NCBI RefSeq assembly: GCF_018977255.1
Contig: NW_024704742.1
Location: 102,054,001-102,118,000, forward strand
Direction of reading: 5' to 3'
Source: Callorhinchus milii
Lineage: Eukaryota
DNA length: 64,000 nt
Shown here: positions 61,794 through 64,000 of the stretch, one piece after another
Numbering within the stretch: the stretch's first letter is position 1
Layout: each line of letters opens with the position of its first letter
Notes under the pieces: generated by a model
Told to the model about the DNA's origin: nothing
Databases searched by the model: none
Seen by the model: only the letters and a program-made list of their open reading frames with translations
Program-made: the position numbers and the translations under genes

Positions 61794-63229
61794 TATAAAT
61801 ACAGGGCAACCCTATTTCCAACGTGCTGGTCTGTGTCCATAAGCCAGAATTCTGCTTAAGATAAAGCTCACAAAAAATTGCCAGCTTCTGGGTTGAAAGA
61901 TCCCAGCTGTTGTCACTTCCTAACATTGTGCAGGACATCACATCAATTGCATAGGAAGTGCCACCAATATCACTCCCTGGCTGCTGCTAATATGGACTGT
62001 AATGAAGTTGAGTTTGCAGCGCTTCCTGCGCGTATGTAGCATGCAGCAATCCAACAAACATTTTTTAATATGGTAAACCAAATCCTGGAAGAGTTGGCGC
62101 TTCTGGTAATCATGAATCCAGAGGAGACCCACCTTTAAAGTGAGCGTACACTTTAGTGAGGCGCTTAATAATGGAGTCAACCTGCATTTCAGCACAAAAG
62201 AAGATCACTCAACCCATCAAGTTGACGTGTGTCAGTGTGTCAGCTCTACTCTGGGGCTCTTAATTTTAAATCTCTTTTTCTCACAGATTCAAAAAAATGA
62301 ACGACTCCTTATTATTTCTGTTTCTCTCTCCCTTCAGTCCCACCACCACCACCCACACACCTCCCCCACCACCGCTAAGATCTCCAAATCACTTTCAGAA
62401 TTTAACACTCTACAAGGTCAAACTGTGGAAATATTGTGTTCTGTAAAAATACTTAGAGTGACAAAGCTTCTCACAGTCCATTCCTCAGGACCCCAGTGAT
62501 TGAATACTCTAAAATAGCTGAACATATGTTTGTAAAAATAGTAAAAACTGCATTAAAGAATGAAGTAAATTAAAGGCCTGCAAGCAGCCGATGAGAAGTC
62601 TTCAGTCAGATAGATAGTTTTCTCAGTACTAATTATAGCATTGGATGCATGGCAACGTTAGTTAGAGAGGTCTTTGGTGAATATTTCAGTAGAGAAGTAT
62701 GTGAGGGATTGCAATAATTTTTTCCAATTGTTGGCAGTCATATGTTTCTAATCTGTATGTCGCTACTTTCCTAGAATCTCCATCTCATCTGCTATCATTC
62801 AGTGAAAAATCTGACCGTACACAGTGATCAGTCATTGTCAGTGCGTCACTTGGGTGTTAGAACACCATGTGCTCAGGTTGTGGAGGAGGCCATTAATATC
62901 CCAGTTATACTGCAGGAGAATGGTGGAAACTGCGGTTATTGTTATTATCAGAACTACTATTATTATTGTTGGTGTGCACAGCCTTAAAGGCATATGCATA
63001 GCACTCTTCACTGGTCTGTGATAGGGCTTGATTGAAATTGCAGGCAAACCAGTCAATAACTATTGACAGGTTGGAAGGACAATTGGAAGTGGTACTTGTG
63101 ATTTGGGTTTGTGAATACGTCGTTTAATTTGCTATGTTAGCAAGATGACAAGTTTCCAATTCAGAAAATCGGTAAAATCTGGCAGGCTAGAGAGCAAAAG
63201 AGGACAATCACAATGTAGGCAGCTCTGAA

Positions 63230-63425
63230 ATAGGGATAGGGAGGGGAAAACCAACCAGGGTTTCTGCTCCTGGTCCCTCTTCTGCACCCTCTACTGGTTG
63301 TGCGCATGTGTGGCAACCAGGTGGGGAAAGGTCAGGCTCAGACAGGTACTTGAGTGATTTGCCAACACTCACCGTGGAGACTCATACATGAACAATCGCC
63401 ATTTGGGTGCAGTACCAGTGGGCAA
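63230..63425 (+). mobile_element. LF-SINE-like element, 3' part
   Basis: gaaaaccaaccagggtttctgctcctg..caacactcaccgtggagactcatacatgaacaatcgccatttgggtgcagtaccag. Confidence 0.55.
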
Positions 63426-63437
63426 ACAGTGTCCGGT

Positions 63438-63650
63438 TCAAAGTGCTTCACAGGATTCACTGTAGAGTCTAGTGACTGTGTATTCTGTACCCAAACACGG
63501 CAGCCAAATTGCACACAGCAATGTCCCACAAACACCCATGAAGTGAATGACCAATTTTATCTGGGGCATGTTGGCCAGGACACTAGGAGAAACTCCCTTC
63601 TCTTTTTGAGTCTTGCGATGAGATCTTTAACATCCACCTGGACAGACTGA
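63438..63650 (-). mobile_element. SINE-A fragment
   Basis: caaagtgcttcacaggattcactg..ggccaggacactaggagaaactccc..gatctttaacatccacctggac. Confidence 0.85.
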
Positions 63651-64000
63651 CGTGCAAAGAAGTTGAAAGATCAAAAAAGATAGAAAACAGGGAAGAGGAC
63701 AAAATGGAAAGTCACTGGACGATAAAGAAAGTCCAGGTAAAAATTTTGAAGTTGTTTTATTTTGAGTTTAGTTTTAAAATGAGTATTTTGCAATTCCTTC
63801 AGGAGGCAGAGTGAATTTTGCAATGTTAAAGCTACCCAGAAACTTGATTTTCTTTATTACTGTAATATTAACAATTCTTTCAGGATTGGTATATGAGCTG
63901 AGACTGTACAAAATTAGCCATCTTCAGAGAAGAGTGTCCCTGTAGACCTAACAGCAGTTTGAGGGCTAAACATTGGACAACTGTAAAAGAAAATGTTGAT

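Overview
AT-rich, repeat-dense vertebrate genomic DNA, intronic or intergenic, with no protein-coding gene I can support. The repeat set (LINE2 with (TGT)n tails, tRNA-derived Deu-domain SINEs with (TAT)n tails, shark-type CR1 3' ends, LF-SINE-like remnants) points to a cartilaginous fish, possibly a chimaera; this is inference. The longer ORFs with recognisable protein content are L2 or CR1 ORF2 fragments; the rest look like antisense or chance frames. Content: about 14 L2 pieces from two tail-defined families, about 30 Deu-type SINE pieces (SINE-A), 8 copies of a chimeric SINE with a tRNA-Ala(TGC)-like head (SINE-B, long and internally deleted forms), many CR1 fossils and several LF-SINE-like remnants. 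The most notable observations are a ~640 bp decayed Academ-type DNA transposase fossil that the ORF track misses (12715-13355), a +/-/+ rearranged L2 with twin-priming geometry inside a triply interrupted SINE (42226-44861), a fold-back palindrome inside a SINE (37459-37682), and shared SINE/L2 3' stem-loops. I found no convincing new biological system. All family assignments are by eye from remembered motifs, and repeat boundaries are approximate.
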